From assembly GCA_000708835.1 (NCBI GenBank), contig DF236982.1, positions 248,001 through 312,000 of the forward strand: DNA of 64,000 bases, written 5' to 3'. Both the position numbers and the translations under genes were made by a program. Below the pieces are notes generated by a model. The model did not search any database, was not told the origin of the DNA, and worked only from the letters and a program-made list of their open reading frames with translations. The DNA is from Klebsormidium nitens (Eukaryota > Plantae > Klebsormidiophyceae). The number at the start of each line of letters is the position of its first letter. The first letter of the stretch is position 1. This document shows, in pieces, positions 1-10,616 of this stretch.

Positions 1-784
1 GTTTCCGCTTTTCCAGTCCTCCTCACAGCATGACCATTCTTGCATTTTTGTCGAAGGTCCGGCTTCTTGCAGGCAATTGTTGTATGCTTCATTTCCTCAA
101 TTTGATATGGAAGAATCAACGATGTTTCTGGAAAAATGGGAAGGCGCTTTGATCAAGACTGGCGGTGTCAGGCATTGGCATACTTGTTCTGTTGTCTCAA
201 TGGGTCCACAGGTGTTCTTTCTCATATGCTTGTCTAGGTGCCTTAACTCAGGACATGAGCCTGTTTCAATCTCGAAGCTGAGGAACTCATTAGAGACAGG
301 GTATAATTAAAGCCTCTCATAAAGATGGATTTGCTGCACATCTGCGATTGAGGATGGCAGCTCTCTAATAGTTTGCCCAAAAACTGAGCGAGCTGTTTCA
401 TCATAATATTCGCTCGCTCAATCACTCACTTGGTGCTCTGAACTACCCCGCAGGCTATCCGCTGGTGGCACTCACCCTGCGCCTGCATTAACGAGTTAGG
501 GTCAACAAAAAGCGCCGTCCTGTTGAAGAGGGTTTCAGGTAGATCAAGGTTTGGTTTTGCCGTCCGCCGAAAGGCACAGCTGTTGTGGCTGCTGCACAAC
601 AGGCAGAGCAGACAATGCGGCAAAGCGAAAGGCGAGAAAAGCCTTTCCGGAAACAGGCCTTGACTCGAGTGGTATGCTTCAAGTTGGGTCTCTCGCCACT
701 AGTGGGGTTCCCACGTTAGGTAGTTTGACTGCCGGAATAAAGAGCGTGCTACTTTGCTGACAAGTTCTTAGCAACTAGGTTGGG

Positions 785-3700
785 ATGGCGGGGCCGCCGC
801 TTGGTGCGGGCGGCGAGCGCAAGCCCTGGCACAGCGCTGAGTTGGAGGGTTTGGGGTCACTCGCGACTGGGTTGATGGCAAACATTCGGGAGGCATTGCG
901 AAAGCTACAGGCAAGCCAGAGGAAAGATGCACGCTCCAAGAAAGGAAGTAAAAGAAGTGGAAGCGAGCGTCCTGCAAACGGTGAGGAGAGATCGGTGCAA
1001 GATGCAATGACGAGGAAGGGAAGTTGCGATACGCCTTCAGATGTAAGGCCGCGCGCGCGCAGACCGCCCGCCTGGTTAGCGGCGCTAACCCCTCCAGTTA
1101 GAAAGGCGCCCCCCCAGAACGAGTCCCTGTCTCCAATCCGGTTAGCGTCGCTAACCATGGCGTCCCCTCAGAGTGGCAACCACCATCGGCAGCCGGGGCC
1201 CTTCAGCCACCCCTCTAGTTTCCACCTCCCGGTGGATGTCACTTGGGGCGCCTGGGACGACGATGACATCAGCGACGACGTCCTCAGCGCTGATCTCAGC
1301 GTATCTTCCTCCGGCGAGGGCACTCGTGAGCTGGCGGGTTCAGCCAGGGGGGGAGAAGTGAGTACCAGTCAAGGGGAACAGGGGGAGGCGCTGTGCTATG
1401 AGATTGTGAAGGGGCGGAAGCGACGGTATGTAAAGGGCGCGGGGGGAAAGAGTAGCCGAAGGGGAAAAGCTGGATACACAGTGGTCGAGGAGGGGGAGAA
1501 GCGGAATCCATTTCAGGTGAGGGGACGAGCACGGAGCATGGAGGAAGCACGTGCGTCGCAGCCTTGGTTTTCTTGGAGTGATAGGCAATCAGTGGAACAT
1601 GGAATGCGCCAACCATGTTCATCGCCGAAGAGCACAAGAGGTGCTTGTTTGAAGAAGTGTCTGAATCTTTCTGCAGTTCGACGTTTTTTTGCGAGCCCTC
1701 TTCTTCGCACTAACAAATAGGAACTTCAACGCTGAGCAATCTTCTAAGCCTGCTCTTTTCAGGGTCCACGTTTTTTTGCCACTTTTCAGTTGTCAACGTC
1801 TTCAGCTGACCACTTTGGACTGCTCTGAAGGTTGTGCTACTGCCGCTAGGTTCTAGCCAAGCATAGTACTGATCTGATTCACATCTCCTAGAAGTAGAAG
1901 AGTACCTTCTTTTGCAGCCCTTTTACCGGGTCCTAGTCGATGATCTTCGCAGCATGTCGACTTATTTGTCAATGAGGGCGTGCCCAAAGCCCCTTGCTTT
2001 GGGCAAGTGCATCTTGAACTGGTCATTACCCCAAAGCTAAGACTCCCTGATTATACGTGTCTTCCTTTTCCCAGATCTTGTCCACTTTCGCCTGCTCGTA
2101 CGTCGTCCCCGAGGGCTTCCCCGAGACCGTCTCCGCCGCATACGCTCCCTACATGCGGTGGCGCGCCGCTCAGTATTTCTTCGGGGGGGCGATGGGCGTT
2201 TTCACCACTCGCTCGCTGCTGCACTCGATCGGCGTTTCCCGCGGGGGTGCGCCAACGGCGGTGGCGGTAAACTGGGCGATTAAGGACGGGGCGGGGCGCA
2301 TTGGGAAAATGCTCTTTGCACGGCAGGGGAAGAAGTTTGACTGCGACCTGAAGCAGGTGCGAAAATTCCGGCTTAGTTGTTGATGTTCTGGACCGAGGTT
2401 ACAGATATGCCCAGGCACCGCAATACAATGAAAGTGGCATTTAGTGACCGCAAGATGTTACCTTGTGTTGCATTCCCATGCTTCTTGACTTCACGAAGTT
2501 CGGACACAAGACGCAGAAGCACCAAGTATAGCATCGTTGAACAGACTGGAACCTTCTGGCTGTCTCAAAAATCAAGGAGACACTGACGCTCCAAGCTCGA
2601 GCAGGTGCGCTTTGCTGGGGGCCTGCTGATGGAACTAGGCGCGGCGGTCGAGCTGGCGACCACCGTCTGCCCGCAGTTCTTCCTGCCGCTCGCGTGCGCT
2701 GCCAACATCTCGAAGGTGAGGTTGATGGGTTTGTCCGATTGTATATCACGTCCGTTTCCTAAGTTTGGAGGTGTGCGACAAAGACAGGTGGCCGCTTAGG
2801 GATTGAGTGATTTGTAGTCGGAGAGTCCAGCAAAGCGCTTACGGGCAATATTATCTGATAGCGAGTACCAGGGTAATCAGAGCATAGTGGCAATGCAACA
2901 ACGTGTCATGATCTTGAACATTCTGTGAGAGGCCCTGCAGTGGTGTAGTGAGTGTAGGGTTAATGCTGCACAGCTCTTTGGAAAAACACCAGGCACGCGA
3001 CTAAGTCTGCGTCGGACGAAGCAGCTGTAGCGCTGTCCAGAAGCGAGCCTTGAATTCCTAGCAGTCTTCACCGTTGAGTTCCTCAACCTCGAAGGCACAG
3101 AGTGCACATACGCGCTTCTCTACAGGAAACCAGGTATGCATTTCTTTGCGTGGCCGTTCGGCATACTGACCTTGCAATGCATCTGTACAGAACGTGGCAG
3201 CAGTGACTGCCACCTCGACGCGGGCGCCAATCTACAAGGCGTTTGCGCGGCGCGAGAACCTGGGTGACGTCACCGCCAAGGGCGAGAGCATCAGCAACAT
3301 GGCGGACCTGGTAAGCGGGGCATTGGATTGGGCGTTGCCAGCATAAGAGTCTGCTCCTTCCTTGAACGTTTCTTGCTTCCGACTTCAATCAGTCACGTTC
3401 TCCTTCGGGTTTGTAAACCAGAGCTGACGAAGAGGTAGCGTGTTGTATACCGGTTTGAAGATTGATTATCTTCTTTTTTACCAGTGGAGCGAGCGAGCTC
3501 ATGTCCATTGGAAGGGACCTCGAGGGTAGGATCGAGCAAGTTTCAAAGATTCGTCTACCAGTCTTGTGACAAGGTCCTTTCTCCTTGCGACCACGCTACC
3601 TTGTAAGTTAAGGAGTCGGAAACTGTCCACGTTCTACGCCAGTTGAACAGAGATGTAAGCGAGAAGAGAATTCCTCTTAAGCATTGTGTAGGTAAGGAAG

Positions 3701-6700
3701 TAAGGCGTTCAAAACAGCACCGAAGATTTCCGTCTGAGCATAAGCGTCAACGGATCTCTGTCGTGCAAAGAGGAACCTGCAAACGGATCACCCCCGCAAA
3801 ACGGAAACACGGATTAGAGAAAGAAAAGGAGGTACCCTGTGCTCTGTAACCACAGGTGGGCATGGGCTTCGGTGTCTTGCTGTCCGTACAAACAAACCCC
3901 GGCTCAAACAGCGACCCTGGTAAACGGAAATACGATCGGAAAAAAGGAAAAGGAAGCTGAAGCAAAAGTCAAGTTCTTTCGACACAGATGGGCATGGGCT
4001 TTGGCATCTTGCTGTCCACACAAAAAACCCCGGCTCAAACAGGGACCCTGGCAAACGGAAACACGAACGGGGTAAAGAAAAAGGCGGCTCGATCAAAACT
4101 CAAGTTCTTTCACCCCAGATGGGCATGGGGTTTGGCATCTTACTTTTCACACAAGAAGCCCGGATCAGACAGCGACCCTAACACGAGTGGGAGAAAGAGA
4201 AGGGAAGCTCAAGTAAAACTCAAGTTCTTTTTACTCCAGATGGGCATGGGCTTCGGCATTTTGCTGTCCAAGCGCAACCCCAGCCTGCTCGCGACCTTCG
4301 GCGTGCTGTCGTGTGGCTACCTGCTGAGCTCGTACAACGAGTGCCGCTCCATCCAGCTGCCCACGCTCAACCGAGCGCGCTTCTCCGTCGCCGTCAGGAC
4401 CTTCCTAGAAAGTGGTAAGAGCCTGATTATTGCATTCATCGGCAATGGGCAATTTGCTGCTGTCAATTATCGCTTTTCAAAAACCAGCTGGTTTCAAATT
4501 GCTTTCATCCCATCAAGCCCAACTTGTTCTCGAGCTGGCCCTTTCCTTTGCTAGGCCTGCTCGAGACCTATGCCACAATATTTTGCCATGGTAAGACCCG
4601 ATTCCGGCTCCTAACCTCACCCTTTCCCGATTTGCCAGGCAGCGTGCCGGCCCCAACGGAAGCGAACCGGCGGGAGGCGATCATCGTCCCGCCCTGGGCC
4701 GCGGAGAAGCCCATGGAGCTTGGTGAGAATGCGTCCCGGGTCTTGAAATCTCGCTGCCAGACATGCGCTTCTTCTGGACCACTAATACCGTGTCTATCCG
4801 GCTCCGACCAGAACCCGCCAGAAGTTCAAGCCGGCGTGGCTGATGGGATGCTTCTCTGTTTCGCAACACGGAAGAAGGTCCTGTTGGAAAGAGGAGCCTC
4901 AAGATTTTGTATAATCTTTTGGAATCTTGTTAAATAGAGCTGCTTCGCCGGCTCTTGGACTGGCTTGCTTGACCGGTATCACGATTCTTATGTTGTTTAG
5001 GCAAGCCTTCTAAGAGCTTCGTCCGAAGAGCGCTGGGGTTACTTGGTCGTCAACACCTCAAACCAGGCACCGAAAGATATGGATTATCTGGTTGCGGTTT
5101 GCAGAGGATTGATTTGAGTTTCGTGAGAAGCTTTGAGTCAAAGCGAGGCGTTCGTTCTTCTCGCGCGGAACAGTGGAAATATTGGTGAATTTTCTCTGAC
5201 ACAAAGGCCTTTTTCCTCACAGGCGTGAAGGTCTCCGAAGCCTTCGGGAGCGCGCACGAGTTCCAAGCCGCGAGCCAGCTCTTCAAGGTGTGCGCGCACA
5301 GTCTATGTTCCGCGCTTCTTTCGCCGGCGACTTTCTGCAGACCTTGGATGGCCCGCCGTTATATCCAAATGCTTGTCGGCTAGTTCCTGACGGTTTGCAT
5401 CCTTCGGACGATCCTTCGCTCGTTCGGACGGGTCCTTGCAAACCTCGGACGGTCCTCTGCTCCGAAAGCATCCGCCGGGTCGAGGATCGGACGCTTCACC
5501 CCTTCTTTCGGACGCCGTTTTGCTGTCGTTTTCCGTCCGTGGTTGATCCTGACGGAGCTTCACTCGGACCGTCCGTGGCTATCCCGGACGGTGCTGCTGA
5601 TTTTGGACGGTCCGTAGTTGATCCGGACGGTGGTGTGTTGCAGGACGAGAAATACATGGTGACGTACCGCAAGAAAAAGCGGCGCGCGTTTGTCGTGTTG
5701 AAGGAGGACGCGCAGGCGGCCGATGTGCTGCGGGCCGCTTTCCAGGTGCGCCGACCGGCTCTCCTTATGCTTTTTGTCTCTTGTTTTTGGATTGAGCCAG
5801 AGAGCTAGACATTCATCTACGGGCGTTTCCGAAATGTTCCCGCCCATTCGTTGTTTCTTTCTTTCATGGTTTAGCCAGATAGCTAGAACATTCAACAGGC
5901 GGCCGACTTGCTAGGGGCGAACGAGAAGCCGATTTTCACTTTTATTGTCACTCTCTCGTGCGTCCAGTTTGCTCTTTCTCGAATCACATGTTTCTCAGGC
6001 CGCCGATGCGCTGCGGGGCCCGGTTCAGACACAACTTTTGTTGTCTAGACGTCATGCTCGGGGCTTTCAAATGATTGCAGTGGAGGTGGGATATGCGCAG
6101 CAGTCTAGCATTCCGGCGGCTGAAGGTTTAGACGAATTGTTTCCAGAAGTTGGGACTCTTCATGGCAATAGCTCTTTGTACTTGATCGTGAAACCCCGTT
6201 GATGACGCCAAAATCACCGCAAGGGGAGCCTTGCGCTTTCAGAAAAGTGGGGCCTCGGTTGCCCTTTCCGTAGCCGCTGATTCCGACGCTCAGCTGTCTT
6301 CCTCCACTCTTCCTAAGGCAGGGTGGTTGCACCTGACGAGGCCTCGGGCGACTAGTCTTGGATTTGGATCCCGCTGCAGATTGCACCTACCGGGCGCATA
6401 AGAACGTGTCCGAATAGGTCGCGGAATTTGCTGACGTCACCGCACGCGCCCTATAAGCACAGTCCCGTCACGGAACTAAAATAAATCTTAACATTAACTC
6501 TCAAACGTCCGGTTATCCCCCCCGGCAGGCCCACGTGTTGCTTCACATCCTCCACGGCTGCCCCTCCAATGGCGACGGCTCTTCCGTCAATGGCGACTCG
6601 ATTTCCGGTTCCGGTTCCGGTTCCGGTTCCGGGTCCGGGTCCTTGATTCAAGGGGTGTGCGCCATTCCCCGGCGGGACGGAAAGCAGAGCATCCGGAAGG

Positions 6701-7566
6701 TTACCGAGGAGGACGTCGTCACAGCTCTGCGCCAGAGCTGCGCCGAGACGAGCGGGTTGTACGAGGACTTTCGGAAAAAGGCGTCCGCGGAGGTAGGAGG
6801 CACGCTCAAGTGGTCGCCAGGAGAAGCTTTATTGGGGTGTCATCGCGAGTTTGCGGATCGCCTTAGCTACTGCCCGGGTGCTATTCTTTGTCTTGCTGCC
6901 GCGGTTGCTGCACTTTCTCGGTACTTTTGTGATCCATCCAGTCGCGCTCTGTTTTTGATGTTGGCACGTGAAAAACATCGCAACGCCGTGGCGTGAACAT
7001 AAGGTTCATAGTGTGACGCCATTACTCAAATGTCAGGCTCCGGTAGTCATGGAGATTGGAGCTGGTTGGTGCGGGTTATTTGGAAGCGTGTTATCTTTGT
7101 TGGTTGTCCGAAACGGCCGGCCAACCAGTCTCAAGAATGTTTTGGGAAAGCATCTTTACCTGTGAACGTAGGCCGAGTCGTATGCTCTCTCCGTAGGCAG
7201 GTTCGTATGCTCTCTGCTTGCTCGTGCGTAGTTTCGCACCAGCATTGACAAAGTGTTATCCCACTCATTCAAATCTTGAAGCGGAGTGGGAAGTGAGTTT
7301 GATTCTCGTGGTCGGAGCAGAACGTTCAAAAGCATCTTGAAGATGAGGAAGGTCGGGCTGCTGGTGGGGCCTTGATGTGTCAAAAAAAGAAGAAACCATC
7401 AGATGGAAGAAGGACAGGAAGGAAAAAAAGGGACTCTACTCCTATTCTGTACTCTGTAAGAGAGGCGGCAAGCACAATTAACCTCTTCGTTACTCTCGTC
7501 TTTCAGGGTTGGGTCATGGCGGACGCGCTGTTGAACCCGGGGGATGCTCGGTTGTGCAACAGCTGA
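785..7566 (+). CDS. RUS6: ROOT UVB SENSITIVE (DUF647) family protein, RUS6-like; 10 exons, ~664 aa
   Basis: Exons 785-1516, 2075-2356, 2605-2715, 3191-3310, 4240-4414, 4639-4722, 5223-5287, 5644-5745, 6529-6792, 7507-7566 join in phase with GT-AG ends. Translation includes SYVVPEGFP..YMRWRA..FFGGAMGVFTT, KDGAGRIGKMLFARQGKKFD.DLKQ, ENLGDVTAKGES, LNRARF and C-terminal LLNPGDARLC, matching plant RUS6 as recalled. Confidence 0.93.
3790..4275 (+). repeat. Tandem ~121-132 bp repeat made of the RUS6 intron 4 3' end plus the start of exon 5 (3 decoy acceptors)
   Basis: CAG-(A/G)TGGGCATGGG..TT.GG..T.TT.CT.T recurs with exon-like starts at 3856, 3988, 4119 and the true exon at 4240. Confidence 0.9.
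5380..5640 (+). repeat. Degenerate short repeats (GGACGGTCC / GTTGATCC.GACGG) in RUS6 intron 7
   Basis: Many copies of CGGACG(G), GGACGGTCC and GTTGATCC.GACGG up to the 5643 acceptor. Confidence 0.6.
6604..6642 (+). repeat. Coding hexamer repeat (GGTTCC)n encoding a Ser-Gly tract in RUS6 exon 9
   Basis: TCC(GGTTCC)4(GGGTCC)2 translates to SGSGSGSGSGSGS. Confidence 0.9.
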
Positions 7567-8855
7567 CGACGATTCGACGTTGGCCCGGTAGAAGAAATTG
7601 GATCATGTCACACGATTCTTTCAACGATTCTTTTGCTCGCGTCAGTTAGGATGATGCTAGCGGTGGCCTGCCGAAAAGCGTGCTGTCTCAAGATGTCAAA
7701 ATTCAAGAATCATGGAAGAGGATGCTTGCAAGTGGTACTTTGGTCCTACTGTAGTCCGAGCATGCACGGCTTTGCGAGCGCCTGCAGAATTGCATTTTAT
7801 CGAGACTCGTGCCGTGGGCGGCACATGATGTTGCAGCAATCCTCAACGCAATTGGCGGTATCAACCACGAGATCTCCCTGTTACTTCTTCGCAGCTAAAG
7901 TCACTTCCTCTTGAAATATGAGATTGCCGTCACCAGATACGTGGTCTGATCTTATGAGCAAAGTGACTGAGCTGATTATATGTAGGCTGACTGAGGTTAC
8001 TTTGCATGAATTGTCGAGCGTTTTACCATGTTCAACGAGGACTGTACGTTACTAATGCGTGCAATCGAACTTTCCATGATCGAAGACGTCCGACTTATGT
8101 TGGACCCTGCTGTACAGGATATCAATTTGCGCGAGTCATAGTTGGTCGGATGCGCGGAATGGCATTAATGATCGCGAGATGACGCGCTTTAAAGCAAATG
8201 ATAAAAACCTGGACATGCGCGTTCTCGCATATGATATGTGACGTACCCGCATATTTGCATAATTCCGTGACGAAGGATTTGATATATCCGCGGCTACCAA
8301 TGGCATGCGCCATATGCTGCAGGCAGCTCAGTTTTCCATAACATACACGGTTATACATTTGAGTTCGTATGCTTCAGCGCCTCTACCCGGCTATAATTTC
8401 AAGCTTAACATATTCGATGTATGATCGGATCGAAGGCCACCTAGCCCGGCCTGTGCATGGATCATGTTGCGGATTGGCTAGAGACTCGATTGGATCATCT
8501 GGAAGTTATCAGGTCACAAGCACGGGTACAAGCAGCCATGCTTGCAATTGCAATTACAAGTACCTGTGCGTATTGATGTACGATCACTCAACCTTCGAAC
8601 AAACAATACACGGTAACACATAACGTAGGCCTGGCACCTGGCAACACTCTGATGTGAAAAGTTTGGGAAGTTTTGCTTCTCTGTAGGTCATTGAGCTGAC
8701 TGACATAATCACTGAATGATTGAAAAGAAGTAATATACTGTACATTGTTTGAAAGCAGTCAGCTTAACGATGCACGCAATGAGGATTTGTAAGCTGAGCT
8801 TGGCCACTCATCTTGCATACAAGTCAACATGCGAACGTTGCACTGTTTCTCTTGT

Positions 8856-10232
8856 TTACTGAAATATCGTGCCTGGATACGTTGGCGTTTCAAGGAAGTG
8901 AACGTCTAGCTTGGGAACGTGTTCGAAATCCGACCTTAACAGTGACAAGGTCCCCTTCCTATCCAAATCTCCTCGTAAGTAGAACTCAACTTGTTGAAGC
9001 GTGGGGAGTCCTCGACACAGCGCTCGAAGCTCAAGATAGGCAAACTCGCAATCATCCACCGCAACCCTCAGCTGCTTCAACTGCACGTGCGTGTGGCCAG
9101 CTGACAGCTTGGACAAGCTGAGACACTGAAGAAATGCATGATGGAGATGCAGGTGCTCAATCTCCGGAGGCAGATGGGTCAAGAATTCACCCACTGACAG
9201 ACTGGAGTCTGGAGTTGTCTCTCTCACCGTTAATGACAACTGCTTCAGTGTATGACACTGCCCTAAGAGAGGTAGCATGATCTCAGGCCAGCACTTGTCG
9301 GCCCTACATTCGACTGCTGTCAGCCTTTCCAAACGGCTGAACGGTTCCGTCAGCGTAATGGGTTTGACCAGTTGGTCAACGTGCAGATTCAGCAGCTGGA
9401 GAGACGGGGTTCCCAAATGAAGGACGTCGGTTTCATTGAAATGGCTCAAAAGGTTTGGGGCTTGCACATTCACACTTAGGAAGTTGTCATTTGAAAGGCT
9501 GAGGGATTTGAGCGTATCCGACTTGATGACGAGGATGGGGTCTTGGTCCTCAAGGCCACCTTCTGATGAGCCCTCCACGTGAACGTTCAGATTCTCAAGG
9601 TGAACACATCTACGCAGCAAATTCTCCAATGCAGGTATGGTTATGCTTGCACTTGCAAGGTTCACCTCTTGCAACAACGACACCGGTGCGGCCCTCAACT
9701 TCTCAATGCCCAAGCTGCTGCCCGGTGCCGGGCACCACAAGTTCAGCTTTCGCACGCGGGACTTCAACAGAAGGCCCTCTAGCATGCCTCCCTCTGGTTC
9801 CGACAGGGTGATATAAGGCCCCCGCTCGTCTGCCCCCTCAGGCAGCGGCGCGCGGTCATCTGGGAGAATGATATGGATGTTGACTGACTCTGGGAGGCGC
9901 TTGAGCAGGGGCGCAGCAAAGATATATTCGTGCGGCAGCTCCTCAGCCCCCGCCTCCGTTACGAACAGGTTCAGTGTCTCAATTGAGAAGCTTTCGTGGT
10001 GCACGAAGGCCATGAAGCCCAGCGCGCTTTCTGGGCTGTTGAGGGGCCAGTCCAGAGTCTTCACCTGATGCACGAGCCTTGCGAAACGCTTGCAGACCAG
10101 GTGCGATTTGAGGAGGTGCTTTGCATAGTGACCACGGTGCTCTACTAGAGATTCGTCACGGGCGCCGACAAACGCTAAGACTGATGTGACCACTTCGTCT
10201 GGCAGAAGATCAAACGGGGAGGGAGCAGCCAT
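8856..10232 (-). CDS. Intronless F-box protein with degenerate LRR-like region (~458 aa)
   Basis: Long ORF. First ATG gives MAAPSPFDLLPDEVVTSVLAFV...LVCKRFARL (F-box consensus LPDE..I), followed by LRR-like segments (LQEVNL, LENLNV, LKSLSL, LKQLSL). A CAG acceptor just upstream suggests a 5' UTR intron. Confidence 0.8.
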   Translation of the reverse strand: MAAPSPFDLLPDEVVTSVLAFVGARDESLVEHRGHYAKHLLKSHLVCKRFARLVHQVKTLDWPLNSPESALGFMAFVHHESFSIETLNLFVTEAGAEELPHEYIFAAPLLKRLPESVNIHIILPDDRAPLPEGADERGPYITLSEPEGGMLEGLLLKSRVRKLNLWCPAPGSSLGIEKLRAAPVSLLQEVNLASASITIPALENLLRRCVHLENLNVHVEGSSEGGLEDQDPILVIKSDTLKSLSLSNDNFLSVNVQAPNLLSHFNETDVLHLGTPSLQLLNLHVDQLVKPITLTEPFSRLERLTAVECRADKCWPEIMLPLLGQCHTLKQLSLTVRETTPDSSLSVGEFLTHLPPEIEHLHLHHAFLQCLSLSKLSAGHTHVQLKQLRVAVDDCEFAYLELRALCRGLPTLQQVEFYLRGDLDRKGTLSLLRSDFEHVPKLDVHFLETPTYPGTIFQ

Positions 10233-10616
10233 TGCGAGGCCGCGTTGTTGCACCTGCCAGAACCGTATCAGTGCCTCTTTCTGCCCGCCTTTCTGCAGAC
10301 CACCTCCCAGCAAGAAAGAACGGGACCCATGCGCTCCTGTTCACAACTCTGACAGTGATACTTTAAATAGCGATGCACGACATTTTGCACCAAGGTCGTT
10401 AGGCTAGCCACCTCTTTACGATACTTTGAACCAATCAGAGCGCTCATAAGGTCACGTGGAAGAAACCGATACTTGAAGGTACGTACTTTGCAGGTGTTTC
10501 TTGGAAACCCAAGCAATATCCTGTTTCATCCGGTACCGGGTTTGGAGCAGTCACTCCAATTTTGCTTGAACAGAGAAGGGTGCAACATGTGAGACTGGCA
10601 CTGAGAGAACAGTGAG
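10233..10616. promoter_or_regulatory. Probable shared divergent promoter between the F-box gene and the membrane-RING gene
   Basis: Start codons at 10232 (-) and 10617/10665 (+) face away from each other about 0.4 kb apart. Inferred from layout only. Confidence 0.4.

Noticed and set aside
1-720. Coding fragment upstream of RUS6
   Set aside because: Only short frames with no motif or consistent splice model.
3988-4554. Standalone 188 aa gene
   Set aside because: It is the intronic repeat read into RUS6 exon 5; kept only as a possible alternative acceptor.
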